In this document: in pieces, positions 38,692-47,847 of the stretch
Layout of the letters: each line of letters opens with the position of its first letter
Numbering within the stretch: the stretch's first letter is position 1
Assembly (NCBI GenBank): GCA_964506505.1
Contig: CAZDKY010000005.1
Location: 33,880 to 97,879 of the forward strand
Direction of reading: 5' to 3'
From: an uncultured Syntrophomonadaceae bacterium
GTDB lineage: Bacteria; Bacillota; Dethiobacteria; DTU022
DNA length: 64,000 bases
The notes under the pieces: model-generated
The model's database searches: none
The model's input: the letters and a program-made list of their open reading frames with translations, nothing else
Told to the model about the DNA's origin: nothing
Position numbers and translations under genes: made by a program

Positions 38692-39442
38692 CCTGCCCGC
38701 TCCGCTGTTCATGGTATTCCTCATCGCCGCATGGGAGTTGATTACCACAACCCTGGCCGTACCGGAGTATATTTTACCCTCCCCTTCAGTTATAGCCATC
38801 GCTTTGCATGAGAATTTCTCTCTCCTGGTGGAACATTCGCGGGTCACCATAGTAGCCGTTTTAGGGGGGGCCATTCTGGCTATGACCTTGGCCCTGGTCC
38901 TTGCTCTGGCTATGGACCGCTGGCGGCTCCTGAAGCAGGCTTTTTATCCTATCCTGGTCGTATCGCAATCTGTGCCGATTTTTGCCCTTGCGCCTCTGCT
39001 GCTGATCTGGTTTGGAGCAGGGCTGCTGCCCAAGGTGCTCATTGTCGCCCTGGTCTGCTTTTTCCCCCTTGCCGTCAACCTGGTTGAGGGCTTCAGCCAG
39101 GTTGATCCTGAAGCAATTGATTTAATGCACACCATGCAGGCCGATCGATGGCTGATCATGCGCTCAGTCCAGCTTCCCTCGGCAATGCCTTATTTTTTCA
39201 CCGGGTTGAAGATCGCCGCCACTTACAGCGTCATGGGGGCGATCATTGGCGAGTGGCTGGCAGCCAGAGCCGGCCTGGGAATATACATGCTGCGGGCAAT
39301 GCATTCTTTTCGAACCAGCCATCTTTTCGCGGCAATCATTGTGGTAGTCTTTCTGAGTTTGGCCCTCTTTAAACTGGTTGAAGCGAGCAGATGGCTGGCC
39401 ATGCCCTGGCAAAGAAAGACAACGGAAAATCTGAAGGAGTGA
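38663..39442 (+). CDS. ABC transporter permease (NitT/TauT family, ThiX-like)
   Basis: 259 aa with six hydrophobic segments and an EAA-like loop (DLMHTMQADRWLIMRSVQLPSAMP). Confidence 0.85.
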   Translation: MKKWLNIKNNLPAPLFMVFLIAAWELITTTLAVPEYILPSPSVIAIALHENFSLLVEHSRVTIVAVLGGAILAMTLALVLALAMDRWRLLKQAFYPILVVSQSVPIFALAPLLLIWFGAGLLPKVLIVALVCFFPLAVNLVEGFSQVDPEAIDLMHTMQADRWLIMRSVQLPSAMPYFFTGLKIAATYSVMGAIIGEWLAARAGLGIYMLRAMHSFRTSHLFAAIIVVVFLSLALFKLVEASRWLAMPWQRKTTENLKE

Positions 39443-39447
39443 TTTCT

Positions 39448-40443
39448 ATGCGCTGTTATAAAATTAATTTATTTTTTATTACCCTGTACTTTACGTTTAT
39501 TTTGATAATACTTGCCCTGGCAGCAGGCTGTGCCGGTGATAAAGCAGCGGAGCCGGACCAGGTCACCGTTCTCCTCGACTGGACCCCGAATACCAACTAC
39601 AGCGGCCTCTTTGCCGCTATCGATAAAGGCTATTTTGAGGAAGAAAATTTGGAGGTGGAAGTTGTGCAGGCCCCCGGCAGTGTCGTCCAGATGGTGGCTG
39701 CCGACCAGGCTGAATTCGGGGTCAGCTACCAGGAAGAAGTTACTTACGCCCGCCTCAGCGGAATGCCGGTGGTATCTATAGCGGCCGTAGTTCAGCATAA
39801 TACTTCCGGTTTCGCCTCCCTTAAAGAACGGGGCATTGAAACCCCGACCGACTTTGAAGGAAAAAGTTACGGCGGCTGGGGTTCACCGGTTGAAGAAGCA
39901 ACCATCAAGGCTTTGATGGAACACTACGATGCCGATTTTGAGAAAGTGGAGATAATTACCACCGGAGAAGTAGATTCGCTGATCGTCATCGAACGAGAAG
40001 CAGATTTTGCCTGGATCTATTACGGCTGGACCGGGATCGAAGCCGAACTGAAAGGTATGGAAATCAATTTCATCGAGCTGGGGGATGAAGACCCGGCTCT
40101 TGATTACTACACTCCTGTCATGATAACCAGCGAAGCACTGATCAGCGAAAATCCGGCCTTGATCAATCGTTTTATGAAGGCAGTGAACAGGGGATACCGC
40201 CTGGCCATTGAAAACCCGGCTGAAGCGGCCGAAATTCTCCTCAACCACGCCCCCGAGCTCGATGAAGATCTGGTAAAAGCCAGCCAGGAATGGTTGAGCA
40301 CCCGTTACCAGGCAGATGCCGAAACATGGGGGCTGCAAAAAAAAGAAACCTGGGAAGCTTACAACCGCTGGCTTTATGAAAACGGTTTGATCGGAGAAAT
40401 GCCGGATGCTGAAAAATGCTTCACCAACGAGTTTACCAAATGA
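39448..40443 (+). CDS. ABC substrate-binding lipoprotein, NMT1/THI5-like (ThiY-like pyrimidine-precursor binding)
   Basis: Lipobox LAAGC, LDWTPNTNYSGLF motif, and position between the permease and the ATPase. Confidence 0.8.
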   Translation: MRCYKINLFFITLYFTFILIILALAAGCAGDKAAEPDQVTVLLDWTPNTNYSGLFAAIDKGYFEEENLEVEVVQAPGSVVQMVAADQAEFGVSYQEEVTYARLSGMPVVSIAAVVQHNTSGFASLKERGIETPTDFEGKSYGGWGSPVEEATIKALMEHYDADFEKVEIITTGEVDSLIVIEREADFAWIYYGWTGIEAELKGMEINFIELGDEDPALDYYTPVMITSEALISENPALINRFMKAVNRGYRLAIENPAEAAEILLNHAPELDEDLVKASQEWLSTRYQADAETWGLQKKETWEAYNRWLYENGLIGEMPDAEKCFTNEFTK

Positions 40444-41222
40444 ATAAACAGCTGAAGCTTAAGCTGGAGGAGATATCGGCCACTTATTCAACCGGAGAAG
40501 AAATACTACCGGTGCTCGACAATATTTCCCTGTCCCTAGACACGGGAGAATTTGTTTCCGTGCTTGGGCCGAGCGGATCGGGGAAAAGCACCCTGTTGAA
40601 GATTGCCGCCGGGCTTTTGAAACCTGAACGGGGCAGGATCCTTGTCGACGGACGCAACGTGACCGGCCTTTCCCGTTTGGTAGGCTATATGCCCCAGCAG
40701 GACCTGCTCTTTCCCTGGAAAACCCTGCGCCAGAATGCTGCCCTACCGCTGATCTCTGCCAAACTTGATAAAAAGGAAACCAAAGCCCGGATTGAAGAAC
40801 TGCTCCCTGTTTTCGGCCTGCGAGGCTTCGGTGAATATTATCCCGATCAGCTTTCAGGGGGCATGCGCCAGCGGGGCGCCCTGATGCGGACGATGCTGAT
40901 CGAAAGCGACCTGCTGCTGCTTGATGAACCCTTTGCTGCTCTTGACGCCCTGACCAGGCAGAACCTGCAGGAATGGCTGCTTAAAATATGGGGCCATTTC
41001 CGCCGTTCGGTGCTTTTTATTACCCACAGCATTGATGAAGCAATCTATCTCTCGGATCGAGTTTACGTTATCACCGAGAGGCCGGGAAAAAATGCCTTTG
41101 AGCAGGCCATTGAGATACCTCGCCCCAGGAGTAAATCGGTTATGACCACCCCTCAATTTTCACTGTACAAAAAGATTCTGATTGAAGCTCTGGCTGACAA
41201 TACCGCCTCAAAAAAAGAATAA
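40440..41222 (+). CDS. ABC transporter ATP-binding protein (ThiZ-like)
   Basis: Walker A GPSGSGKST, signature LSGGMRQR, Walker B LLLLDEP. The ATG overlaps the upstream stop as ATGA. Confidence 0.9.
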   Translation: MNKQLKLKLEEISATYSTGEEILPVLDNISLSLDTGEFVSVLGPSGSGKSTLLKIAAGLLKPERGRILVDGRNVTGLSRLVGYMPQQDLLFPWKTLRQNAALPLISAKLDKKETKARIEELLPVFGLRGFGEYYPDQLSGGMRQRGALMRTMLIESDLLLLDEPFAALDALTRQNLQEWLLKIWGHFRRSVLFITHSIDEAIYLSDRVYVITERPGKNAFEQAIEIPRPRSKSVMTTPQFSLYKKILIEALADNTASKKE

Positions 41223-41235
41223 AGACACAGGAGGC

Positions 41236-41289
41236 ACAGGGGGACGGTTCTTCTGTGTTAAAAACAAGACAAAAGAATCGTCCCCCTGT
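41236..41289. other. long imperfect inverted repeat between convergent genes
   Basis: ACAGGGGGACG (41236-41246) pairs with CGTCCCCCTGT (41279-41289). The interior pairs partly as well. There is no U-tract on either strand. Confidence 0.4.
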
Positions 41290-41328
41290 ATTGCAACTGT
41301 GTTGTTCGTTGTGTTATGTCCGCTGTAT

Positions 41329-41988
41329 TTAATCCGAAAGACAAGATACTTTGATCGCCAGCAAAAGGCCGGATTTAATTTTCACCCTGGCCCGGGTTTG
41401 GGTCAGTTCATTGCTCAGGCCGCGGGTGGAAGAAAAAAAGAGGCTTTCGTCTTTCAGGGGAAACTTCAAACCGGTTGTTTCTATAACGACGGTTTCAGCT
41501 GTCAGTGAAAACAGCGACAGATAATCACCCTTATTCCCTTCAAAAATTGCTTCAGCTCCAATTACTTTTATTTCATGCTGTTCGTCTACGATTCGTGCCG
41601 GTATACCTGCGCGATGGGGGATACTAAGTAAGAGCAGGTTGGCAAAAGCATGGTCGGCTCTTTCCCCTCCCAGAATACCGATGAGCAAAATTTCCGCCGG
41701 TTTCATATTGACAGCCTGATCAACGGCCAGTTCCAGATCGGATTTATTTTTGGCCCGTGGATGCTTGATCAGGCGGGGTTTCAGGGGGGCAATTCTTTCG
41801 CTGTCGCCGGGAGCAAGGGAATCAAGATCGCCTATAATCATGTCCGGAGAAAGGCCCATAGCAAGGGCATGTCCTGTCCCACCGTTAACACAGATCAGGT
41901 AATCGTCCCCGCGCAAAAGACGGCGATAAAAATCGCGGTTGTTAAAATCGCCGTTGGCAACTATTACTACTCTTTTTAGCGGCATCAT
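41329..41988 (-). CDS. thiN: thiamine pyrophosphokinase
   Basis: 219 aa. VIVANGDF start, ICVNGG, and IGDLDS motifs. Confidence 0.85.
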   Translation of the reverse strand: MMPLKRVVIVANGDFNNRDFYRRLLRGDDYLICVNGGTGHALAMGLSPDMIIGDLDSLAPGDSERIAPLKPRLIKHPRAKNKSDLELAVDQAVNMKPAEILLIGILGGERADHAFANLLLLSIPHRAGIPARIVDEQHEIKVIGAEAIFEGNKGDYLSLFSLTAETVVIETTGLKFPLKDESLFFSSTRGLSNELTQTRARVKIKSGLLLAIKVSCLSD

Positions 41989-42018
41989 CGATGTCCTTCC
42001 ATATAAAAAAATCGCCGC

Positions 42019-43215
42019 TCACTTGTCAAGAGTGGCAAAAAACTTTTTCAGCCTGGCTATTCCCTCTTTCAGGTTTTCCATCGAACAGGCATAAGAAATA
42101 CGGATATAGCCTTCAGCACCGGGGCCGAAATCTATACCCGGCGTTACAGCAACACCGGTTTCTTCCAGGATGCGCTGGGCCAGGGAAAGTGAATCGTCGG
42201 TATATTGTTTTACGTTGGCCAGCATGTAAAATGCACCGTCAGGCAGTTTGGCCGGGGCAATCCCTATCTGCTGCAGCGCCTTATACAGGTAAAGACGCCG
42301 TTGATCATAATCACTGAAACGCTCCGCCAGGACTTTCGGACTTTCTCTCAGAGCGGCGATGCCGGCGTCCTGGACAAAAGAACAGGCACAGATAAACATG
42401 TTCTGCTGCAATTTTTGCATCTCCCGGACCATGAAAGATGGAGCGATAAGATAGCCGAGGCGCCAGCCGGTCATGATATTGCGCTTGGAAAAACCGTTCA
42501 GGACCAGTGCCCGGTCTGTAAACTCGAGAATAGAATGATCCCGTCCCTTGTAATTAATCCCGTGGTAAACTTCATCGGACACGATATACAAACCAAGATC
42601 AGCCAGATCCCGTAGTTCATTTTCATCGAGAACCGTTCCGGTGGGATTGGCAGGAGAATTGATCAGTAAACCCTTGACCCGTGGATCGAGTTTATTCCTG
42701 ACATCATCAGCCAGCAGCTTGAATCCATCTTTTTCACGCACCCTGACCGGCAACGGCTCAGCCCCGATGAAATTGACAAAATTTGGGTAACAGGCATAAT
42801 AAGGGTCGGGCATAATCATTTTGTCGCCTCTCTCAAGAAGGGCTGAAAAGGCGAGCAGCATGGCTGGAGAGGTACCGGAAGTAACAACGACCTGAGAGGG
42901 ATCAATATTTACTCCGTAGGTATTTTTATAATATAAAGAGATCTCTCGTCGCAGGGCAGGTTTTCCCAGACTGTGAGTATAGGCCGTATCATTATCCCGG
43001 ATCGCCTCAATAACTGCCTCCTTGATTGCGTATGGAGTATATCCACCCGGTTCTCCCACTTCCAAATGAATTATTGAAACACCCTTTGCCTCCATCTGCT
43101 TGGCTTTTTCCAGGATTTCCATGGCCAAAAAAGGTTTCACCCGGCGTACCCGCTCCGGCATGGTTTCATTCGGCTGGACTGTGCGATCACCTGTGGTCAT
43201 TTTTTGCTCTCCCAT
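42019..43215 (-). CDS. class I/II pyridoxal-phosphate aminotransferase (aspartate/aromatic type)
   Basis: SFSKRNIMTGWRLGY PLP-lysine motif and NPTGTV. A GAGGGAGG RBS precedes the ATG at 43215; the ORF track starts at 43260. Confidence 0.85.
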   Translation of the reverse strand: MGEQKMTTGDRTVQPNETMPERVRRVKPFLAMEILEKAKQMEAKGVSIIHLEVGEPGGYTPYAIKEAVIEAIRDNDTAYTHSLGKPALRREISLYYKNTYGVNIDPSQVVVTSGTSPAMLLAFSALLERGDKMIMPDPYYACYPNFVNFIGAEPLPVRVREKDGFKLLADDVRNKLDPRVKGLLINSPANPTGTVLDENELRDLADLGLYIVSDEVYHGINYKGRDHSILEFTDRALVLNGFSKRNIMTGWRLGYLIAPSFMVREMQKLQQNMFICACSFVQDAGIAALRESPKVLAERFSDYDQRRLYLYKALQQIGIAPAKLPDGAFYMLANVKQYTDDSLSLAQRILEETGVAVTPGIDFGPGAEGYIRISYACSMENLKEGIARLKKFFATLDK

Positions 43216-43228
43216 CTTTTGACCTCCC

Positions 43229-43663
43229 TCAATTGCTGATTCTATCTTTTTCGCTTTCACGGATCAGTTCCGCACAGTATTCAATAATTTCTTTTCGCCT
43301 GATAATACCGATAAATACATTCTGATCGTCCACCACCGGGATAAAGTTTTGCTCGGCGGCAAGAGAAAGAAGTTCCACAATCCTTGAATCGATGCGGGCA
43401 GGCTTGTTCTTGGCATGCAGAGCAATATCCTTGAGCAGAATCTTCTCCATGCCATTTAAATTGAGATCGGGTTTGTTCTTCAGGGTCCAGAGCAGATCAC
43501 CTTCGGTTATCGTTCCGGCGTATCGTCCCTGTTCATCCACCAGGGGAACGGCTGTATAACTGTGCCGCTCCATTCTTTCAAGAGCTTGCCGCATAGTTGT
43601 TCTCGGGGTTAGATAAACCACTTCATTCTTGGGAATCAAAAAGAATGCAACTTTCATCATCAA
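43229..43663 (-). CDS. CBS-pair domain protein
   Basis: 144 aa with two CBS repeats (AVPLVDEQGRYAGTITEGDLL and FIPVVDDQNVFIGIIRRKEI). Confidence 0.8.
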   Translation of the reverse strand: MMMKVAFFLIPKNEVVYLTPRTTMRQALERMERHSYTAVPLVDEQGRYAGTITEGDLLWTLKNKPDLNLNGMEKILLKDIALHAKNKPARIDSRIVELLSLAAEQNFIPVVDDQNVFIGIIRRKEIIEYCAELIRESEKDRISN

Positions 43664-43764
43664 TCAAAACCCTTCTTCTTCAGTATCAATAATGCTGTTT
43701 CGGTTCGCCTCTATCCCGGACAGATGCTATTATAAAATCACCGGCATAAAAAGAAAGCTGCTCC

Positions 43765-43947
43765 TTATTCTCTGCTTCGGTATATCAGGTAAAGATAGAC
43801 AACTATCCCTCCTATCAGCAAAGTGAGGACCAGGCTGTAGAAATCAATGGTAAATTCTTCAGAAGTAAAAATCAGGTACAAACCAACACCGGCAATGATG
43901 GCCAGTACAGCATAGAGCAGTTTCTTTTTCAGGCTAATCACACCCAC
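43765..43947 (-). CDS. small two-helix membrane protein, hypothetical
   Basis: 60-aa ORF with two hydrophobic helices, 13 nt downstream of cobB. No motif. Confidence 0.35.
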   Translation of the reverse strand: MGVISLKKKLLYAVLAIIAGVGLYLIFTSEEFTIDFYSLVLTLLIGGIVVYLYLIYRSRE

Positions 43948-43959
43948 CTCCTGTGCTCA

Positions 43960-44709
43960 CTACATGGTTTCAATCTTCCGCAGTAGATCAGTCATCACCA
44001 TGCTGATATTTTCACGGATTACAATCTCCGCCTGTTGATCGTACTCTGTGGGCTGGCGGTTAATGATGGCCAGTTTTCCGGACAGCCTCGGCAGATCGGC
44101 GACCGGATAAACAACAAGGCTGCTGCCAACTACCAGCATAAAATCGCACTCTTCATAAATTTTCTGCTGCAGATCGAAGAAAAATGGGGGCATTGGATCA
44201 CCGAATAAGACAACATCCGGCCTGAGCACATTGTCACAGCTGGAACAAACAGGAGGAATTCGTTTTAATTCCACCTGGTTGACAAGTTCTTCAAAAGAAT
44301 ACCTTTTCCCGCAGCCCATACAGTAACCAGAACGCAGATGGCCGTGAACCTCCCATACTTTACGGGAACCCGCTTTAACATGCAACCCGTCGATATTTTG
44401 AGTAACCAGCCCTTTAACAAAACCAAGCCTCTCCAGTTCAGCAAGGGCATAATGACCCGGATTCGGCTCGGCCAGAGCTATCCTGGCAAAACGGCTGAAT
44501 CCGGCTTCATAAAACAACCTGGGATTGCTCTGCAGAACGTCCAGTGACGATACAGCAATTGGATCTGCTTTTTCCCAAAGCCCGGTCCCTGGAGAACGGA
44601 AATCGGGAATGCCGCTGTCGGTGCTAATACCCGCTCCGGTCAGCACATAACAGCGCTCGCTTTTTCTGAGCAGCCTGGCCAGGGTATCGATCTGTTTCCG
44701 GTAATTCAT
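43960..44709 (-). CDS. cobB: NAD-dependent protein deacylase, Sir2 family
   Basis: GAGISTDSGIPDFRS, QNIDGLH, zinc ribbon CMGC...CSSC, and VVGSSLVVYP. Confidence 0.92.
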   Translation of the reverse strand: MNYRKQIDTLARLLRKSERCYVLTGAGISTDSGIPDFRSPGTGLWEKADPIAVSSLDVLQSNPRLFYEAGFSRFARIALAEPNPGHYALAELERLGFVKGLVTQNIDGLHVKAGSRKVWEVHGHLRSGYCMGCGKRYSFEELVNQVELKRIPPVCSSCDNVLRPDVVLFGDPMPPFFFDLQQKIYEECDFMLVVGSSLVVYPVADLPRLSGKLAIINRQPTEYDQQAEIVIRENISMVMTDLLRKIETM

Positions 44710-44724
44710 CAGGGGCCCTCGCTT

Positions 44725-45435
44725 TTACTTTTTAATTCCGCTGCCCATAGGGCAACAGAGTGACCGATCGGCACGATCAGTTATTGCCGGTTTGTCTACT
44801 TTAATAATATCGTAAAAATCAACCCATGGCGAGAATTTAATATCATGTTCACGACAAATATTTGCCAGACTGTCGCGAGCACAGATATGATCACTCCAGA
44901 AAGCTCCAAAGCGATCGTTACTTCCATCTCCAATATAGATCACCGGGTAACCAGCTTCCTTCAGCTTTAACACATGAATAGCCTTGCAATTTCCGCAGAC
45001 CGGGCAAAGCGGGTGAGCATGGGGGGTTCGGACCGCCAACAGGCCATCGGCTCCAAGCACCGTCCTGTTAGCATAGATCCGGTCAATACAATCTAGAAAG
45101 CCGTATTTTTCAAGAATCGTCTCGATATAAAAGCCGAAGCCGTCACTGGCTATAACCACCGGGCTTCCCTGCTCCCGGGCATGAGCAATAAACTGTTCAA
45201 AACCAGAACGGATTGTTGCCCACTCCAGTGTTTTGGAAAGCAGTAAGTCTGGATCAGGAGGTAGAATACGGGCAATATTGATCAGCCACTCCCGAATGCC
45301 TATTTTCCGTTTGCGATACAGGGCTTCCACTTCCAGATACCTGTCACCGCCGAAAAAAAAAGCAAGTTCTGAAGAAAGATCTTTGGTTGTAATCGTCCCA
45401 TCAAAGTCAACCAGGTAAGCGGCACTACGCGTCAT
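44725..45435 (-). CDS. HAD-IB phosphatase (PSPase/MtnX-like) with a Cys-rich insert
   Basis: LVDFDGTIT motif I, ASDGF, GDGSND motif, and a CPVCGNCK insert. Confidence 0.7.
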   Translation of the reverse strand: MTRSAAYLVDFDGTITTKDLSSELAFFFGGDRYLEVEALYRKRKIGIREWLINIARILPPDPDLLLSKTLEWATIRSGFEQFIAHAREQGSPVVIASDGFGFYIETILEKYGFLDCIDRIYANRTVLGADGLLAVRTPHAHPLCPVCGNCKAIHVLKLKEAGYPVIYIGDGSNDRFGAFWSDHICARDSLANICREHDIKFSPWVDFYDIIKVDKPAITDRADRSLCCPMGSGIKK

Positions 45436-45477
45436 TTTCGCCTCCGGGTATTTAGTTTCATTTTCGCTACAGGCCCT

Positions 45478-45508
45478 AAAAAAAACGGCCGGTGTTTAAC
45501 CGGCCGGA
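45478..45508 (-). terminator. intrinsic terminator after the HAD (Gph-like) gene
   Basis: Minus-strand GC-rich hairpin (CCGGCCGG arms) followed by 8 T. Confidence 0.8.
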
Positions 45509-45516
45509 TCATTATT

Positions 45517-46203
45517 TCAGAAAAGATCTCTCAGCTGGAGAGGCTCTCTGACCAGTACCTGGGCCCCTTCTTTCTGCAGCTCATCGGCCGACCTGAAACC
45601 CCAGAGAACTCCCGCTGCATAAAAACCGCCGGCAGCAGCTGTCCGCATATCCGTATTGGTGTCTCCTACATAAACGACTTCTTCCGGTTTTAAATGCATT
45701 TGTTCGACAATCCGTAGAGCGCCTGTGGGGTCAGGTTTCCGCGGTATATCCTTTTCTAGCCCCTGTATGGTAAAAAATTTATAATCAGGGAGAAGAGTTT
45801 CCACCGTTTGCCTGACAAATCGATGTGGTTTATTGGAAAATATAGCCATAGGAATTTGCTGTTCTTCCAAAAAATCAAGCATGGCAGGAATACCTGGATA
45901 CGGTTTCGTGTGTTCAGGCCAGCGCCGGGCATATTCTTCATTAACTATTTTTACCAGATCGGCAAAATTATTTTTTTCCCCTTCGTCCGAGGGAAAAGCT
46001 CTTCTGACCAGCATCTCTATACCGTCTCCGGCAAAATATCGATAAGCTTCAACTTCATGTTCCGGAAAACCAAAACGTCTCAAAACCGCATTAACCGAGA
46101 GAGCCAGGTCTTTAAGGGTATCAAGGAGGGTCCCGTCAAGATCAAAAATTACCGCTTTGTAACGCAAATTTGATCCGTCCTTTATATAATTTTTAATATC
46201 CAC
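45517..46203 (-). CDS. HAD-IA hydrolase (phosphoglycolate-phosphatase-like)
   Basis: IFDLDGTLLDT motif I, SNKP, and VGDTNTD motifs. Confidence 0.8.
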   Translation of the reverse strand: MDIKNYIKDGSNLRYKAVIFDLDGTLLDTLKDLALSVNAVLRRFGFPEHEVEAYRYFAGDGIEMLVRRAFPSDEGEKNNFADLVKIVNEEYARRWPEHTKPYPGIPAMLDFLEEQQIPMAIFSNKPHRFVRQTVETLLPDYKFFTIQGLEKDIPRKPDPTGALRIVEQMHLKPEEVVYVGDTNTDMRTAAAGGFYAAGVLWGFRSADELQKEGAQVLVREPLQLRDLF

Positions 46204-46285
46204 TGATGATCAATTCCCCAATCCATTTTACAGCAACAGGTTTTATTTCGGGAGAACACCCTGGAGCATTTTAAAATATTCCCTA

Positions 46286-47740
46286 TTAGCCGGTTTTTCC
46301 CCAACGTCCAACCAGCGGCAGAACTGATTCCGGATAAAACTGCCTGAAAATCCGGAAATAATAAAGCTCTTCCTTATTTCTTACCGGGACCGGGGCCGAT
46401 TCAGCCTCGGCGGCGTACTCGCTATCGCTGATCTCTTCTTCGGCAACAGCTTCCAGCATCCCGGCCGAGCCCGATCCCTGATCAAACTGCTGCTTTTCAC
46501 GCCAGGCCACTTTTGCCCCAATTTCTTTTTCAAAAGCCCGGCGGAGAATCCACTTGTCAACCGGTTCCGCTTTTTCTTCGCGCAGCTTCCAATCGAGGGG
46601 GAATTCCCTTACCATCTCCAACAAAGACAACTTCAGGAAAGGAACCCTGCATTCCAGCCCGTGCGCGGCATTCATGCGATCCACCCTTTGCAGTCCGGTC
46701 CGGCTCAAATTCCGGAAAAAGCCTTCAATTTCAGAGACAATTTCTTCTTCAGAATCAAGAGATTTCAGATAGCTGTATCCGGCAAACATTTCGTCCGAAC
46801 CTTCACCGGTCAGCATAACCCGACGCCCGTCGGCAGCAGCCTGGCGGGCAGCAATAAAATTGGGAATTGACGACCGCACATAGGCACAGTCAAAAGATTC
46901 CAGATGATAAATCACATCCGGGAGTACTTTCATCATTTCATCAAGCCCGTAAGTATAGACATGATGATCCGAACCGATCCGATCGGCAACCATGGCCGCA
47001 TATTCAATATCTCGGCTTCCTTTAACTCCAACTGTGTAAGTGAAAATTGGCTCTTCAGATATTTCGGCTGCCAGGGCGGCAACAACCGAACTGTCCAATC
47101 CACCGCTCAGATAAACACCCAGACCTTCAACCCCGCTAATTCTCTCTTCAACAGCAAGGGCCAGCAGATAACGCATTTTTTCTTCGGCTTCCGCAAGGGA
47201 CAGTTTGCTTTTTCCTCCAACAGGAGGCAGGTGGTAGTACTTCACCCAGCCCTTCTTCCTATCATAGTAACAGCCGGGAGGCACCTCTTTGATTTTACTG
47301 TCCAGATCAATAAGAGCTTTTATTTCCGAGGCAATATAGAGTGTATCGTCTTTTCGGGCATAATAAAGGGGTTTTACTCCCAGGGGATCTCTCGCCACCA
47401 GGCAGCTTCCACTACCATCGGAAAAAGCAAGAGCAAATTCTCCTTCGATATTATCGAAACAGGAAAGCCCTTCTTTTTTCATTATTTTACAGAAATGCTC
47501 CAAGCCTTCTGCTCCCTGGATAGTTTTTCCTTCTTCTCCAGAAAACATCAAGTAACCGTCGACAGCCAGTGGCAATCCGTTATCTTCCTCTTTCTGATTG
47601 CCGCTCAGAAAAGTCATGGAGCAATTTTCTTCGATAATTTCACAGTCGCAGCGTTTTCCTCTGAATTTCACCTTTTCTATAAGCGGATCCAGATCTTCAC
47701 TACTCTCACTCTCATTAAATACGGCAATTAAGCCTGACAT
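46286..47740 (-). CDS. asparagine synthetase B-family protein with Ser in place of the N-terminal catalytic Cys
   Basis: RDPLGVKPLYY (Ntn amidotransferase domain) and the SGGLDSS PP-loop. The GGAG-supported ATG at 47740 gives MSGLIAVF rather than MCG. Confidence 0.8.
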   Translation of the reverse strand: MSGLIAVFNESESSEDLDPLIEKVKFRGKRCDCEIIEENCSMTFLSGNQKEEDNGLPLAVDGYLMFSGEEGKTIQGAEGLEHFCKIMKKEGLSCFDNIEGEFALAFSDGSGSCLVARDPLGVKPLYYARKDDTLYIASEIKALIDLDSKIKEVPPGCYYDRKKGWVKYYHLPPVGGKSKLSLAEAEEKMRYLLALAVEERISGVEGLGVYLSGGLDSSVVAALAAEISEEPIFTYTVGVKGSRDIEYAAMVADRIGSDHHVYTYGLDEMMKVLPDVIYHLESFDCAYVRSSIPNFIAARQAAADGRRVMLTGEGSDEMFAGYSYLKSLDSEEEIVSEIEGFFRNLSRTGLQRVDRMNAAHGLECRVPFLKLSLLEMVREFPLDWKLREEKAEPVDKWILRRAFEKEIGAKVAWREKQQFDQGSGSAGMLEAVAEEEISDSEYAAEAESAPVPVRNKEELYYFRIFRQFYPESVLPLVGRWGKTG

Positions 47741-47794
47741 CAATATCAACTCCGGTAAATTATTAATCTTCTACACACGTAGAAGACTAATGTT

Positions 47795-47823
47795 ATTATA
47801 TCATAATTGGTGGGAATTGTAAA
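47795..47823 (-). promoter_or_regulatory. sigma-A promoter of the asnB-like gene
   Basis: On the minus strand: TTTACA (47823-47818), 17 nt, TATAAT (47800-47795). Confidence 0.6.
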
Positions 47824-47847
47824 AAAACGGCCCGAGCGACCTCTTTA

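Noticed and set aside
38398-38874. 158-aa minus-strand ORF overlapping the start of the thiamine operon.
   Set aside because: It is antisense to the riboswitch-controlled YkoF-like and permease genes. It has no motif and no RBS. The plus-strand genes have clear family signatures.
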